From Phoronis australis (Eukaryota; Animalia; Phoronida): a stretch of DNA of 64,000 bases. The notes under the pieces were generated by a model. The model saw only the letters and a program-made list of their open reading frames with translations, was not told the origin of the DNA and did no database searches. The stretch's first letter is position 1; each line of letters opens with the position of its first letter. Below are positions 13,901 to 28,900 of the stretch, piece by piece. A program made the position numbers and the translations under genes. The stretch spans positions 262,167 through 326,166 of the forward strand of contig NMRA01000356.1 in NCBI GenBank assembly GCA_002633005.1, given 5' to 3'.

Positions 13901-16900
13901 AGTTTCATAACGGGAGTATTTGTTCGAGTTGGAAGGAATTAAACACATCGACAACCTCCTAAGGTGTTCCTCTATGCGCAAAAGGTATTTATAACAACGT
14001 GAATTTGATGGTTTAGTCGGTGCGAGGCATAATTCGCCGAAAAGCTTCCGGCGTACAGAGCGCCTATAGCCTCTGCATCGCCTCTGGTTCGGGCCAACAG
14101 AGGCGATGGTCATTGCCTAGTGTTGTGCATGCTATATACATAACTTGCTATTTTTTTAATGATTCTTCTTACAGAGCATTTACTTATAAGGTGTGTCAAA
14201 ACACTACAGAGACAAATTAGAACAGTAACTATGGTATCTGAACCACTGTCTCACGTTCACAGGCGCCGAAATGAGCTAGGACATGAACTGACACTTCTGT
14301 GTATTCATTAGTTTATACGCCCTCATGCATTGAACTTAAGTTGTTGCTTAACCTGAATTTGAATTTTTGCTATCCGTAAAAATCTTGCAGTTTTGGTCAT
14401 CGGTACCTTGTATTAAATTAAAATCAAATTTTAACATATAATAATGCCACATATACTTTTATTTTCAATAAATAATTACATTTTTGAAAAATAGATAGAC
14501 TGCGAAAAAGTCACCCTTCAGACTCTTCAGAGCGACAGTCTTGAAGACTGTATTCCTCTTCTTTCGGGAGTAGCCACCGGGAGCCGGGAATTCATAAGAA
14601 TTTCCTTTGGAATTCCCCCTGAATAAATACCAGGCACTTAAAATTGCTGTGTAGTGTAAAAAATATGTAGTCAGTCATTCACTTTTTAGCTTTTGGGCTT
14701 ATCTGTATGACTTACACGCCGACAAACACGGTGCTTCCAGCTGTAGGCCTTGCCCTACATGGGTAAACGCCGGCAAAAATCACACGTTATCCCTTGTTCA
14801 CTGTCTCGCAGGACAGGAAACCTAATTTCCCATGACGGAACCCATCCCCGCACACTTTTCGTTTCATACTGTTGCTTTGATTCTTCCTGAACTCGTTTTA
14901 GCAACTAAACCAATACCGTACAGGCCTGGACGGCTTCCTTGTTTGGACGTTTTGCCAGAGTGCAGACGATCAGTAGTATCACGTGACAACTTATTCAGAA
15001 ACTGCATGACACGTTCAGAGAATCGAAAGGATTTGACCGCGGGCGTCATCTGTGCACGCTGCATCACACTCGTTCTATTTTCCTTTCGGTGCTCATTCGA
15101 AAACGGGAGTTTCATTGACGGCCACAGGGACTTTTTCGACGGTTTTTAGGCTTGTGTCGGGGTTCGTTATTTTGGAGCAAATGTCGAGCAGACAATCTTA
15201 GGATCTACTTGCCTATGCGGCCAGCTTTTTAACTTGCCCATCGGGCAAGTACTTTTCAAATTCCACTTGCCCGACGCAAAATCTACATGCACACGAGCAA
15301 TCGGGCAACCGTTAGTGTTGAGCCCTGGAAAGGAACACATGTGCAAAATTTCATGAACATATATCAATTGGTTTTGGAGATACAGCAGCGGACGCCGGAC
15401 CGATGGACGGTCAGAGATGACGGCATAATGCGTCCACATATTTATAAACATGGTTTTGAACAATTTAAGATGGACAAAATTAGTGTAGAGTAATGATTAA
15501 ATTTCGTAATATCTTGGGTTTGGAGTTTTATCACATTCATTAATTTTATTCTTACCTAGAGGCAGTATAAAAGCGACCATCTTTGAAGTCGAGACCGTTG
15601 ACCGCCAAGGGGTGAGCTTGTATAGCAGCTGCTGGGCGGCCGTCTGTTGTATTCTTGTCCCAGAAGAACAACATCCCATCATCATCAGAACTGATGACAA
15701 GATTATGGGACAACTGAAACAGTAATGACAAGCTGCAAGGTACTACAGTTGGTCACATGGCGACACCTTTAGGATGACCTCAGCATGCAGTACAGCAACT
15801 CTTGTTATTAAGCATGTAATTTGGCACACAACTAGAATTGTATTTTTATAGCTCTCAACGAAAATCAATAGTACGAATGTCTGACTTGATGGTTAGCATG
15901 ATTTAGGCTGCATATGAGAAAATATAATATGGTAAAGGTAATCAAACTTTGAAAACTAAAAAATGTCGACGAGAATACTAAGAACTCTAGAATGAAACAG
16001 GAACTCTGTAATTATGACCTCAAAATTAAGGGATCGTTCACAATTATTTGCTTTTCCTCACCCATCACCCCCTGAAAAGGTAAATAAAAAATAATTACAG
16101 GCGGTCTGATATACGTGGTACCAGACGTGCGCAGGTTGCGCATGTGGGCCCATTGCACTGATCACCTGGAAATATTTTTTTGTACAATGTTATGGAAATT
16201 TTTATACTAGGTCAGTATTCATATTACATTATAAGAATTAAACTGCAAGTATGATTCAAGGGTAAATACTGATATGTGCCTTTACAATGACTAGACAAAA
16301 TAAAACAATTATTTCAAACATTTATTCATTTTGTGTAATTTAATACAAAAAGCATATTAGAATGATTCATTTTGAAAACTACGTAGTTAACCTTAATAGT
16401 TACAATCCAACAACTTTTTCCAACTGTAAAAGCAAAATCTGCTAGCAACACAAATGAGCGTGCCTTTACAATAAAAAGTGGACAATACTCACCAACTCAC
16501 TGACACATCTCAGAGATATGGGGGCAAGGCGAGGGGAAACAAACATATTTTAAGGATGCTAGGAAGCGACCACAAGTGATAACTGGAGATTATTTCATGT
16601 CCAATCAGTAAACCACTATATCCTGGCAAACAGATGGTTTGGTTTTAATTAGTGGTTAAAAATACTTAAAAAGTAGTGAAATAAACCATATCTTTGGTTT
16701 TGTTTTAAGAAGTCAACAATTTTTGTTTTTGACACTTTGTTCATTTTGACACATCATCCCTGAGACGAAGTCGCTATCTCTGTCCAAAGTGCAACAATAC
16801 AGTATTAATACTGTAACAATACAGTATTAATACTGTATCAATACAGTATCAATACTGTATCAATACAGTATTAATGCTGTACTAGGTTAGAATTTAAGGC

Positions 16901-19900
16901 GACTCATTTCTTATTGGTCCAAATCTCCAGTGTACCATTTACGGAGTTCAAAGAGCGAATCCCTGCATGCACTACAGTGTGAAATGCAGATAATTATGCA
17001 CTGCAATTTTGTGAAAGAATTTGCACTTTTTGAACAAAAAGTGGTACTGTTTTTCACGATAGAGAAAACTGGTGTGCTAGTAACAAGCCCTGACCCTTTC
17101 ACATGTTAGGCCTACGATTTGTACATTTGTGATATTGGCAATAATTGTGAACGGTCCCCAAGTTAGAAGCTGTATAATAATTCAACAGTACTATGAATGT
17201 AAGCTAGAGCTAAACCAACAACAGATCATGACCTGTCCACCAAAAGTCTCACCAATATGCTACACAAGGGGCTCTCATGACCAACCAGTCGTCTGAGGCA
17301 GCTCCCATTACTGACATCATGGATGTGAATCATGCTGAAAAGAATCAACAGCTTTCTATTACCAACAACGAGATAACTTACAAGACATGGAATGAAAAAT
17401 TCTCAAATAGTTGTAGAATAAAACAAAGTTTCAACAGGCAGAAGAGGCAACGTGACCTAGTTCGTGTAGTGTCTGCCTCCTGTTCACAAGATGCCACTGG
17501 ACCCCACTACAAGACCCTTGAGTCAGTTCTCTAACTTTTCAGCTCAGTCTGAATTTATGTATATTAATAAATGAAAATAATTTCACATGTTTGGCTGAGC
17601 AGCCTGCACACGTCTGATGCAACGAGTATTAGATCAACTGATTTATTTATTTAAGCACAAAACTTTCACAAGCACAAATCAAAGGCAATTGGATGATCAA
17701 ACAGGCTCTCTATTGGTCAGTTTGTGTCATAAATATGAAACAGACTCTCTATTGCCTCGTTTGCGTCATAAATATGAATGAAAAAATATTTACAGTGTCG
17801 TCAGAATTTGTTTTGTTTAACAACAAAGTTTCAGCCTACTAAAATCTTCAATGATGGCACATTAACAATATGTTGGTTACTTCCTGAATGATGGCACATT
17901 AACAATATGTTGGTTACTTCCTGAATGATGGCACATTAACAATATGTTGGTTACTTCCTGAATGATGGCACATTAACAATATGTTGGTTACTTCCTGAAT
18001 TACTTAAGTGATAGAGGAGAATATGGTTGGGTTAGTGGATTAACTTTTTTCTCAAATTGATGCCAATGTTTAAATGTTTTGTCACCAAGTTTCCAAAGAT
18101 TAACTGAAACAGAGCTCCAACAAACTTTGAAAAATGTGAAGTGGAATATATGTCATGGAATCCTACAGATTTATTGTGAAATCAACAAGTGGCAGGCCCT
18201 ATTATTTCTTAAAATTGCTATTCAACAGCATGACGTCATTTTGGATCCTATGACCACTACTTTTGAGAGCCATGAAGAGTGAACAAATGGATTTTTGCAT
18301 TGTGGGACTAAAGGATAAAACATAGATTTCTATTATGAAGGGATCAAGTAAATGACGATAGCATTACTTTATCATGAATACCATGAGTGCATGAATGTAA
18401 TAGGTTTGTTTTGACATTGTATCTTTCAGTTTATACTCAAGTCAGTAGGCCCCAATGGAGGCCTTCGAATTGACTGAAAAGTCAAATTCAAAATATTCAG
18501 TTGCCCATAAATGTTTCTCTCCTTTCGGTCATTTTGCAGATAATTTTAATTGACATTGTTCATGCTATTTGCTATAATTTGATGGCTTCAAAGAGTCTTT
18601 GTTAAGTAATTGATAACCACTACACAGTGCAACTAGGATAGCAATCAAAGACTGGACGCTTCTGTTAATCGTCTGCTTATTGGGCCACAATCTTTTTATT
18701 GGGCCACAATCCTTGGATACATGCCTAGAGAAGCTCCTATAAACTCTCAACAAGCAATTCACCCTTACCCGTATCTAACATCTTCAAACAATCTCACAAA
18801 AATCCACCAATAATATTTTGAGCTAAACCATTCGCAAACACACATATAACTTCATACACGGAGGTAAAAACAATAAAAATGAGAGAGCAGACTTACAAGC
18901 TGGTATCACCAGATATAATACACGAGCCGTCAAACTCAAGACACGTGATTGATGCTTCTGTGGTGATCACGGAGTAAACTGTGAAGGTAAGTGCATACCA
19001 TACTCTGATCGTACTGTCATGGGAACCACTTATCCTAAAGGGAAATGTACAGTTGTTTTGAACATTGGCAAACTTTTAACAGCTCATCACAGGATGGCAG
19101 TCAAAGAATCTATTCACCATTTTAAATGGATACGAGGTTACGGCACAAATCATTGCCATAATTGAAGAATGTATCATGCAACAACCAAAGTTGAGAGAAC
19201 AGAGAAACAAAATCATAAATTATAAATACATGTAGATCAGAAAGTTGAATTGTGGGAATGCTCGGTTTATTACTATCCATGCTTGCAGACGACTCAACAC
19301 ACGCAGTGTAGGTAGCAACAGGAATGACTATTGCATAAGAGGTGAAACATGATACTGCAGTCAAGAGCTCAACAAACAAAGAAGCAAGCAGACAATGAAT
19401 ACAATCAGACAGTGAACCCTTATCCACCTGAAAAATGACCATCAACAGAAGAAACCAATTATGACCATCTCATTAACTCGGTAACTCTACAAAAAAACTG
19501 TCACACTTACAGGTACTTGTCCCCAACAGCCAGACAAGAGACACATCGACTGTGTCCAGTAAGGATTGCTCGACGTTTGAAGGTGACTAGATCCCACACC
19601 TAGAAAACAACAAATCCACAGTTTAAGTAAAACAGCTGTGAAAATGTTATCTGGTTCACAGCTAAATCTTATCTATTCCTTTAAGCTGGTTGTTGATTGT
19701 ACAACTCATATGGAATTAAGGCACAGAGGTATGCAGAACATTTTTAAGGTTCTTTAATGTGAAATCATTTTTCTTCATGACTACACTAAGTACTTAATGA
19801 AGTGTGTTCCCTCATCAGTTAGCTTCACCTCCCAAATGTAATGCATATACTTCATATTCTTGAATAATAAATTCACAAGTAAATGATTTAAAACTACCTT

Positions 19901-22900
19901 TGCCATGCTCAAATGATTTTTTGCACATTTCATTTAAGTCAAGTGATACGTGAATCGATTGATGAATGTGAAGTTTCACTACAATATAATCACCAATGAG
20001 TACTGTATTATGGGCACATTTAATACCACGCATATCTAAAATAATATTTTTTCAAGATTTCTTACTCAAGTGTTGCATAAACACATGCACCTAAGCTTTA
20101 GTTACAGGCGAAAATGGTTCACAGACCACCTGACTATGCATGTATTGTTTACTACCAGTACTTTTTATTTCATATTAGTTAATATTCAATAAAATATACA
20201 TCAACTTTTACAATTTTGTTACCTCAGCCATGCTCAACCCACATAAAAGTTCTGCTCCTGGTTTATGTTTTACATGCAGACACAGCTCCATGCACAGACT
20301 CAGCTCCATGCGCAGATGCAGCTTCACGTGTAGGCGCAGATGCAGCTTCACGTGTAGGCGCAGATCCACATGTAGGCGCAGCTTCACGCATAGTCTCAGC
20401 TCCATGTGCAGGAGCAGCTACACATGCCAACGTAGCTCCACGTATAGGCGCAGATCCACATGTAGGCGCGGCTTCACGCATAGTCTCATCACACGTATAG
20501 GCGCAGCTGCACATATTAGTTACTCAAATATTTCAATGCTCAAACCTTACCATTACAGTAGTATCCCAAGAACCAGAATACAGGTTTGTGGAGTCAAACT
20601 GCAGACAATGGATTCCACCCTAAAATGTTGGAAAATGCAATTTTTATAGTAAACATTATGATAAATGTTTAACAAGGATTCTAAACCTGACCTGTCTTTT
20701 GGTACATATACAATTAATATAAACTAGGAATTATTGCCAAGCTGCATTATAAACTGATAAAAGTGAAAACGGCCAGAAAATGAAAACATTTCTTCTTTAG
20801 AAAACTGGCAAACTTTCCACAAATTTCTTACAATTTTTTCTAATTTTTTCTCACCTCTTTTGTTTTTATCCATGCTAGTTATTAAACCTTTCGCAATTTT
20901 TCTCTAAAATTTCTCACCAATTTAAACACAATATATTTTTTATGTTGAATAGCTGTGTGCTTTACTTTTGTCATAACTGCAAGAAATCTGTAGAATGAAA
21001 GCAAGTCGAAATTTGTTGGAACTAACATTTCAGCTGAAAATTAACAATTTACTCAATGACATCCAATTAACAACAATTGTAAATAACAAAACACATTTTG
21101 TAGCAACATGAGTCACACCACCTTATGGCCATAAAACTTGTGAATGCATCGTCCAGATCTGATGTCCCACAGTCGTATGGTGCGATCAAGGCTGCCACTG
21201 AAGATACGACGTTGGCACAGTCTTACACAGGACACAACATCATGGTGACCCTATCCAACAATGACAACATGAATAGCTATGCAAGCACACACAGCACAAC
21301 AGCCATATCAATGGGTCAACTGATTGACTAAATCACTACAAGTTCAGCATTGAAGGGCTAGGTAAATATTTTTGGTGTTACTAATGAAAACATTAATAAC
21401 CGTTTGTTTTAGACACATTCTGAACATACATTACAGTTCGCCTAACACTCATTCATTACGCATGCAACATCCTAAATAACATGACATAATTAGCCTTACC
21501 ACCATGTTTCTACGTTCTATTCCACTGAGCAAACACAATAGATTGAACTCAGACTGTGATCATCTTGAATTCATCACTGTGTTTACACTGTCCAATAAAC
21601 CACAAAAACAATGAATATAGATAAGTTGCATATACAGTTGAATTGGCGTCAAACCTGCGTTCCATCCAAGAAGCATAAAACTGGTCTCAAAACTTGCTCC
21701 TTTCTCACTAATTTCTGGGTTTGTCAACAACTGACAGTTTGTTCTTCACTGAGCCCATGCTTGGCACATAAAATGTCACAATGTGGCAAGCCAACTTGCA
21801 GAGCCTGAGGCACATAAAATATCACAATGTGACAAGCCAACCTGTAGAGTCTGTCACACATAAAATGTCACAATGTGACAAGCCAACCTGTAGAGCCTGT
21901 GGCACATAAGGAGGCGGATGCCACAAAACGGACACTAAAATAACAAAAATGGCCACAAGATGGAGTAAAATAAGTTGAATCCATCTGAACATAAAAAGGC
22001 ATCATCGCTTCTGTATTAAAAACCTATTTGCCAAATTTCATGAAAATCTATCCAGGAATTCCGAAGATACAGAGGTTAACATAAAAAATAAAATTGCCAC
22101 AAGAGGGCACAGTAGTACTTGGGTCAGTGGGAAACTCGTCGACCTCTGTCGTCAGCCTCATAGGAACACACTTACAAAATTTCAAAAAGATCCAGCAAGG
22201 GGTTTATAAGATACAGCCGCCGACTCCAGATGCCGAGACGCCCAGACAGAGATGACGGCAATTTGCACCAACATGTAAATATGTGGGCGCATAATAACGG
22301 AGTTCCCTTGACATCAGACAGTACATCTAACTTATTTGCAGTTTGTTAAGTAAATAACCAGATATCACTCAAGCTCAACAAGCAACAAAAGCTACCTGCA
22401 CAACACCGAGCCATAACAGGACAAAGGCATGAAAATGATTGCATTACTTTCAAACATCATTTTCTAATACATGTGATTAGTTTATGGTTTCTCGAAAATG
22501 TCTCCTGCAGAGCTCAAATGAAAAGTTGCAAGAAATTACACTGAAAATTGCAAATCTAGGCAAATAACATACAGTAAAGGGACACACTCCATTTTGGGAA
22601 TGAAAATGCATTTTCGTGATTATTGTTGGATAGGATAGACTTCATAAGGTTATCAGCCTTGACCAGTGCTATAAAACAAAACAAATTCCATTGATTTTGT
22701 GATGTCATTAAAATCATCAATTCTCAACATTGGCGTCCAGTCATTCGATGAAATGTAAGTTGGTAACTTTATCATTAAATATGCTTAAAACACATGTCTC
22801 CTTATTAAATGAGGTTATGAGGTTTGGCTCTGTTAACATGGTGTCAAACTGCAAGACATGCAGTTGTGAGTTTGAATTTGTATTGGGACTGACCTCAAAA

Positions 22901-25900
22901 AATTTCTTGTTGATTGTGTCACAAAAATATTTTCATTTGAAAAATCTGTCACAATGAAAACTTGAGTAACAAATGCCATAGCTACTTAGCTACCCACGTG
23001 ACCTGTTTCATTACATGACCTTAAAATATCTACACTTTACACACTCATGTGTTCCCATTTTGAGCAGCATTTTGATGGTTAAGGAGAGAATTCCAACTGT
23101 GGCGCATATGTTACAAACCACACTAATGTAGCAATGTGGTTTAACTAGGCAGGTATTTTGCTTTCTGGTCCCAAAAAACAGCGGTCTCTTAAAAAATTTG
23201 TTGTAAAGCAAAACGTTCAACCACTGTGGTTGTATCTTATCCCATGATACAGCTCACTACATTTTGAGAAACTATAAAACGTCATTGCAAGCACTACTCA
23301 ATTACACATACTGGCTTGTGTCAAACATACACAATCATGCAGTTGATGACCTACCTCAAGTTTCTTAACAGCCGAGAGTGGATAAAGATAACCAGCAAAT
23401 CTCATGAATTTCACTTTGTCTGGATCCTGGTGAGCTTGAAAATCCAGCGTTGAGGTTGTCTCAAAGTTTCCCTGCAGAAGCAAAAGCATTCTTCACAGAG
23501 GTAGATTTGTATATTTTACAGAAATTCTTATAATAAATTCTGTTCTGTGAACCATGTTCAACACCAGGAAAACATACAATGTGAGAAACCATCAGCTGAC
23601 ACTAATATGTAGAAGGAAAGCAGCTCTATAAATTTTAAAATACTCACACCAGTTCTGTTGCCCTAGAAAAACTGCCATCCCAAAATTAAGAAAACAATTA
23701 CTCAGTTGCTCAGTAGTTTTAGAGACTAGAAGGAAAACGGGGCTATTCAGTAACTCTGCTTAGCATTGGGTTATGAAACCAGCCCATTTCTGTTTGACGA
23801 ACAGACACCAAATGACAACCTGGAAATTGAGGCGATTTTTCAGTTCTGTTCAAGACTAGAAATCACTCTCAGTCCCTATACATACTGAGGAAGATATTAA
23901 AATAATAAGTAGTCTAATTCAATAGTGGTGTTTTTCACATTAAATATTGTTGAATGCAGGTGCATTGGGCTTTCAACAGATTTATGCAAAACAACTTTAT
24001 TATATTATTATAAGCAGCAATATCAGCAAACAGTTACAGTGCACCCAGACAGTACCTTCAGTTACAGTGCACCCAGACAGTACCTTCAGTTACAGTGCAC
24101 CCAGACAGTACCTTCAGTTACAGTGCACCCAGACAGTACCTTCAGTTACGGTGCACCCAGACAGTACCTTCAGTTACAGTGCACCCAGACAGTACCTTCA
24201 GTTAGAGTGCACCCAGACAGTACCTTCAGTTACAGTGCACCCAGACAGTACCTTCAGTTGTAACTTCATCATCAAAAGACAAACTTACTGAACAACAGCT
24301 GTATTTTTAACCCCTAGCAATCATTTATTCAAAATTTCTGAGAAAATGAACCTTTTCAAGTAAAACTTGACCATCAATATCACTGACATGCAATCAAACC
24401 AAAACACTGTCCCTAATAACATAATTTGACAAAGCACATTGCTGTTGAAGAAATCTGAACCTATCAAAGGTTCTAAACATTGTTTAAACATGTCAATTTC
24501 ACAGAACTGGTGTTGATGAGGCATTCTACTGGTTAAACTTGATAGAATACAAAACTGTTATCTGTTTCCAACCCAGCTGAAAGGACAACTACGTTCAACA
24601 TTCATAACTTTCACTAGTATTTCTCCAGATCATGTTCATAATGAAAATACTATATCCAAACATACAATAAAACCCAGTTGGAAAAAACTGACAAAGTTAA
24701 TTCTACAAATTAGCTTACAGTCAAGTCTCGTGCAGGTTTAAAGTTGGTGAGCTCTTCATGTCCAATATCTGCTTCATTCTCGCAATTATGCAGGTTCGAA
24801 GGGGCCAAATCCAGTCTCAGTGGTCTATAGAGTTGTTAGAGATACATGTTTAGTAGAAAGGTAACGCACTACAGTCAGATAATCAAACATGCACTGTCAA
24901 CAACCTAGTTTTTATACCACAAAAGTTTATGTTACGTAGGGCCCTAAAAATGTCCAAATTTGGCTAACTTCGGAACATCATATTCTCAGATATGGCTGAT
25001 TAAGATTGAACTTTCAGATGCTATGCTTTATGTACTCTTCTCCAAAACAATATTAGGAAACATTTCGAATATGTGACATGAGTTTTTCACAAGGGGTTAT
25101 CAAAATAGGACTTTTATATTTTTTGCATGAAATGAAAACCAAGGGTTATTTAGAAAACTTTAACAGTGTTTTTGAGATACCCTGTTGAACATTTACATCA
25201 AATAAAATTTGACACTATTATTATTATTGTTATTGTTGTTGTTCTTTAGCTATGGGTGCACCTTTCTTTTTAAATTTCAATGAAAAGATAATTATGGTCA
25301 CGTGACTCAGGAGATTGGTATAAAGTTAACAAGAGCAAAGTTGAGCGTTTTAATGCACCCACGAGTGCACTGCAAACGGTGTGCTTTTAGGGGTGTTTAT
25401 TTGTACATAAAAATGGCAACTAAGTGGTGCAAAATACTTAAAATCCATCACAAAACAGGAAAAATGTCACCATTTTAGTACAAAGCTATTTACCACATTT
25501 CATGAAAAATCCATCAAGGAACTTTTAGAGAAACAGAGGAAAACAAAAAAATGAAATTGCCACTAAGGGGCAAAGCGTTCGTCAGATCTGTCTGAAAGTT
25601 GTCGTCTTCCGTTGTCAACTTCATATAAATACACTTGCTAAATTTAATATAAAGATCCTGCAGAAGGCTTAGGAGACACAGCTAAGGGTGCAAAAACTGC
25701 CACTAGGAGGCACCGCAGTAATTGAAGTTGGAAATTCATCGTCAACCGTCCTCTTCACACCTAAGAACATATATTGAGCCAATTTTTACAATCATCCTAA
25801 GAGTGGTTTGGTTGACAGAGGACGGATGCCAAAAACAGACTAGAAAACAGCAAAAATGGCCACTAGATGGCTCAAAATACGTTGAATCCATCTGAAAACC

Positions 25901-28900
25901 AGAACATGTCATCGTTTCTTTAAAAGAAAGCTAATTACCAAATTTCATGAAAATTCGTCACGGAACTTCTGAGAAACTGAGGAAAACGGAAAAAAATGAA
26001 AATGCGACTAGGGGGCAGTGTTCATCGGATCCGTTTGAAAGTAGTCATCTTCTGTTGTTAACAACATATAAACCCACGAGCTAAATTTAATAAAGATCCT
26101 GCAGAGGAATTAAGAGATACAGACATGGGCGAAAAACAAAACTGGCAATAGGAGCCGCTACAGTAGTTGAAGTCATCGGAAAGTCATCGTCAACCGTCCT
26201 CTTCATAGCAAGAACATACATGCAAATTTTCACAATCATCCTTAGAGTGATTTGGTTGACAGTAGGATGGACGCCAAAAAACAGACTAGAAAACAACAAA
26301 AATGGCCACTTGGTGGCACAAAATACCTTGAATCAATTCCAAAATGAATGGCTAGCGTCACCTCACTATTAGATGCCTATCTGCCAAATTTTATGGAAAT
26401 CTGTTGAGAGCATTTGAAGATACAGAAGTAAGCTTAAAAAATTAAAATTGCCAATAGGAGGCACATCAGTAGTCCAATCTGTCCGAAAGTCATCGTCATC
26501 TGTTGTCAACTTTATATAAATACATTTGCTAAATTTAATAAAGAGCCTGTAGAGGGTTAAGGAGATACAGCCATGGGCGCAAAAACAAACAAAACTGCGT
26601 TGGAAAATCACCGTCAACCGTCCTCTTCATAGTTAGAACATACATGCCAATTTTCCCAATCAACTTTAGAGTGGTTTGGTTGATAGAGGGGCAGACGCCA
26701 AAAAACAGACTCGAAAATAGTACAGATGGCCAGTAGATTGCGCAAAATGTCTCGAATCCATCCGGAAACGCGAGGATAGAGTCAACTCATTAATAGATGC
26801 CTATGTGCCAAATTTCATGAAAATCGATAAAGGACCTTTGAAGATACAGAGACAAACGTAAAAAACTAAAATTGCCACTAGGAGGCACAGCGGTATTCAG
26901 GTCTGTCCGAAACTCGTTGTCAACCCCGTAGGAACACACCTGCCAAATTTCAATATGATCCTGTTTAAGAGATCCATGGACGCCAGACGCCCAAACAGAG
27001 ATGACAGCAATATGCACCCACACATTATAAATATGTGGGCGGCATAAAAATCAAATACTTAAGGCTTTCTACTTTCACATAATATATACCTTCGCTGAGT
27101 TCAATCTATAGTATAGTTTCATTGATATTTGACTAGTACATACACAGACTTGGCAATAAAGTCTTACATAATCCTAAGGTAGTGTAAAAACATGTGATAC
27201 CAAAATGCCAATGGTGGACTTGAAAGGACTGCATGTGACTAAAATGTGAAGAAAAACTTCAACTATTACACAAATTTATGATCGGAAGCCTACCGTATTC
27301 ACCGTAATAACCGCCCAGGGTGCTTAGAAAAGTTCATTTCAGAGGCGCTTATTATAACCCAAGGCCGTTGAAACCCGGTCTCCGAAACAGGTGAAATCGG
27401 AAGCTAAGATTCATCATATTTACGCTCTTTCACTTATCTGTAATCTATTAAAGACTCTACAAAACCATGGTGCATTGCTATCAAACTTTGCTGCTAAATT
27501 ACGATCATTTTACAGAAAATTGTGCTGAATCCCAGGGCGAAAATTCGCCGACTGCCTGCCTCGCAATCGTTGATATGGCGACTTGAATGCTTGAATAAAA
27601 ATAGTTTCGACTCAACAAAATACCTGCAATCCTCTTTAAGTTTTCCAAGTAACGTCCCTAAGATTTTTAAGTCATGTCCCGTGGAGTCAGGAACACGGCA
27701 GGTTTAAGTACAAATCTGTGCTACATCATGCCATCTACATGTATGATCGGCAACATGAGAAAAATGTCTGGACGAACACACGTTGTCCCGTGACGTTTTT
27801 TTTTAAAGTTGTCTGCGATTGTGAGTAAGCGAGCGCGTGCGTGCCACCAGAGTTCATTTGCCAAAGCAGAGACCGTCTTTTGGCCAGAGCCACGCAATCT
27901 AACGAGCTAGATGTGCATTGTATCTAAAGAAATTTGCACAAGTAGTAGGCCTAAACCAGAGCATGTTTCATTCAGCACTTGCCGGTCTCATGTGCTAAAA
28001 ATGTTTGACATTTGTCTCGGTAAGGCCCTATTAGTGGCCGTGTGGCTGGATGCGTACGTGACTATCTGACAGTTATTTTTCGGTGTAAGGGTGTGTAAGC
28101 ATTCACTGTCAGTGGTCATTTTATCAGATATTTGGCTTAAAAACACCAATTATGGTTAATCAAACAATTCATCTTAAAAATAACGCAAATATTTTTAGAG
28201 TATTAGAAACTGTCGGAAATTAGTGCCAATATTCATTTCTTGCCGATGCTATGCTACCCGTTTCATGAATGGATAGTTCCCAACTAATGTCTTTGATGAC
28301 AGGTTCATGTATGTAGCGCGCGCTTCCTGGCCACGTGCTTTTACTAACACTGGCCAAGCTTTTTATTAGTCTTCGATTCGCGGTTTTCACGTGAAGGCCT
28401 ACAAAGAAATTTGGATTCCTGTTGAAAGCTGGAAATATCTTCAAAGCAATCCCATAGACAAGTACACTATTTCTGTTCTGAAAGGCCAGACCATTGGTCC
28501 TCACAATATCAGCAGAACTTTTGTGTTCATTTTGAGGCATGGCGGAAGTTTGAAGTGTATAGTCACGGCTAAATACCGACATAGCGGTGAGGCTCGTGGT
28601 CTACAAATTCTGCACACAAAGATTTTTTTCAGGACTGTCGGATATAATTGATAAATTGAAGATGTTACCGTAGAATTTTAAGCCTGTAGGTAAGGCATTT
28701 TTCACACATTCACGTTTATGGACTGGGCGCTTATTTTAGCAAAGTCTGAAAATGCATGGGGGGGCACTTATATGAGCATGGGCAGTTATTACGGCGAATA
28801 CAGTACCAAGAATCTTCTACTTGACAATGTAAACAAACACAACAAATTAAGATGGAAGGTACAAACTGATTTAATGGTAAAGTCAATATGAAAATGTGTG

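Larger units (their letters stand above)
11543..15455 (+). mobile_element. Helentron/HINE-like non-autonomous element with internal tandem repeats, copy 1 (interrupted at 13030-15327)
   Basis: Starts AACAAGAGC...ATGCACCCACGA like the copies at 25328 and 47255(-). Internal ~145-bp subunits. The sequence resumes after 15327 with a GACG-rich tract and a degenerate CCACATATTTATAAACATGG terminal hairpin. Confidence 0.7.

Noticed and set aside
13042-14220. Pairs of near-identical ORFs on opposite strands (MTIASVGPNQ..., MRGIIRRK...)
   Set aside because: They arise from the two arms of the MITE inverted repeat; no transposase motifs.
20208-20649. Arg/Ser/Cys-rich protamine-like ORF
   Set aside because: Minisatellite translation; it also overlaps a WD40 exon in antisense.
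21116-21121. Weak donor GTGGTG suggesting a non-canonical intron
   Set aside because: Still GT-AG with a strong exonic AAG; the junction restores the WD40 motif GHK/GG.
23925-24291. Repetitive ORFs of 112-114 aa
   Set aside because: 28-bp minisatellite.
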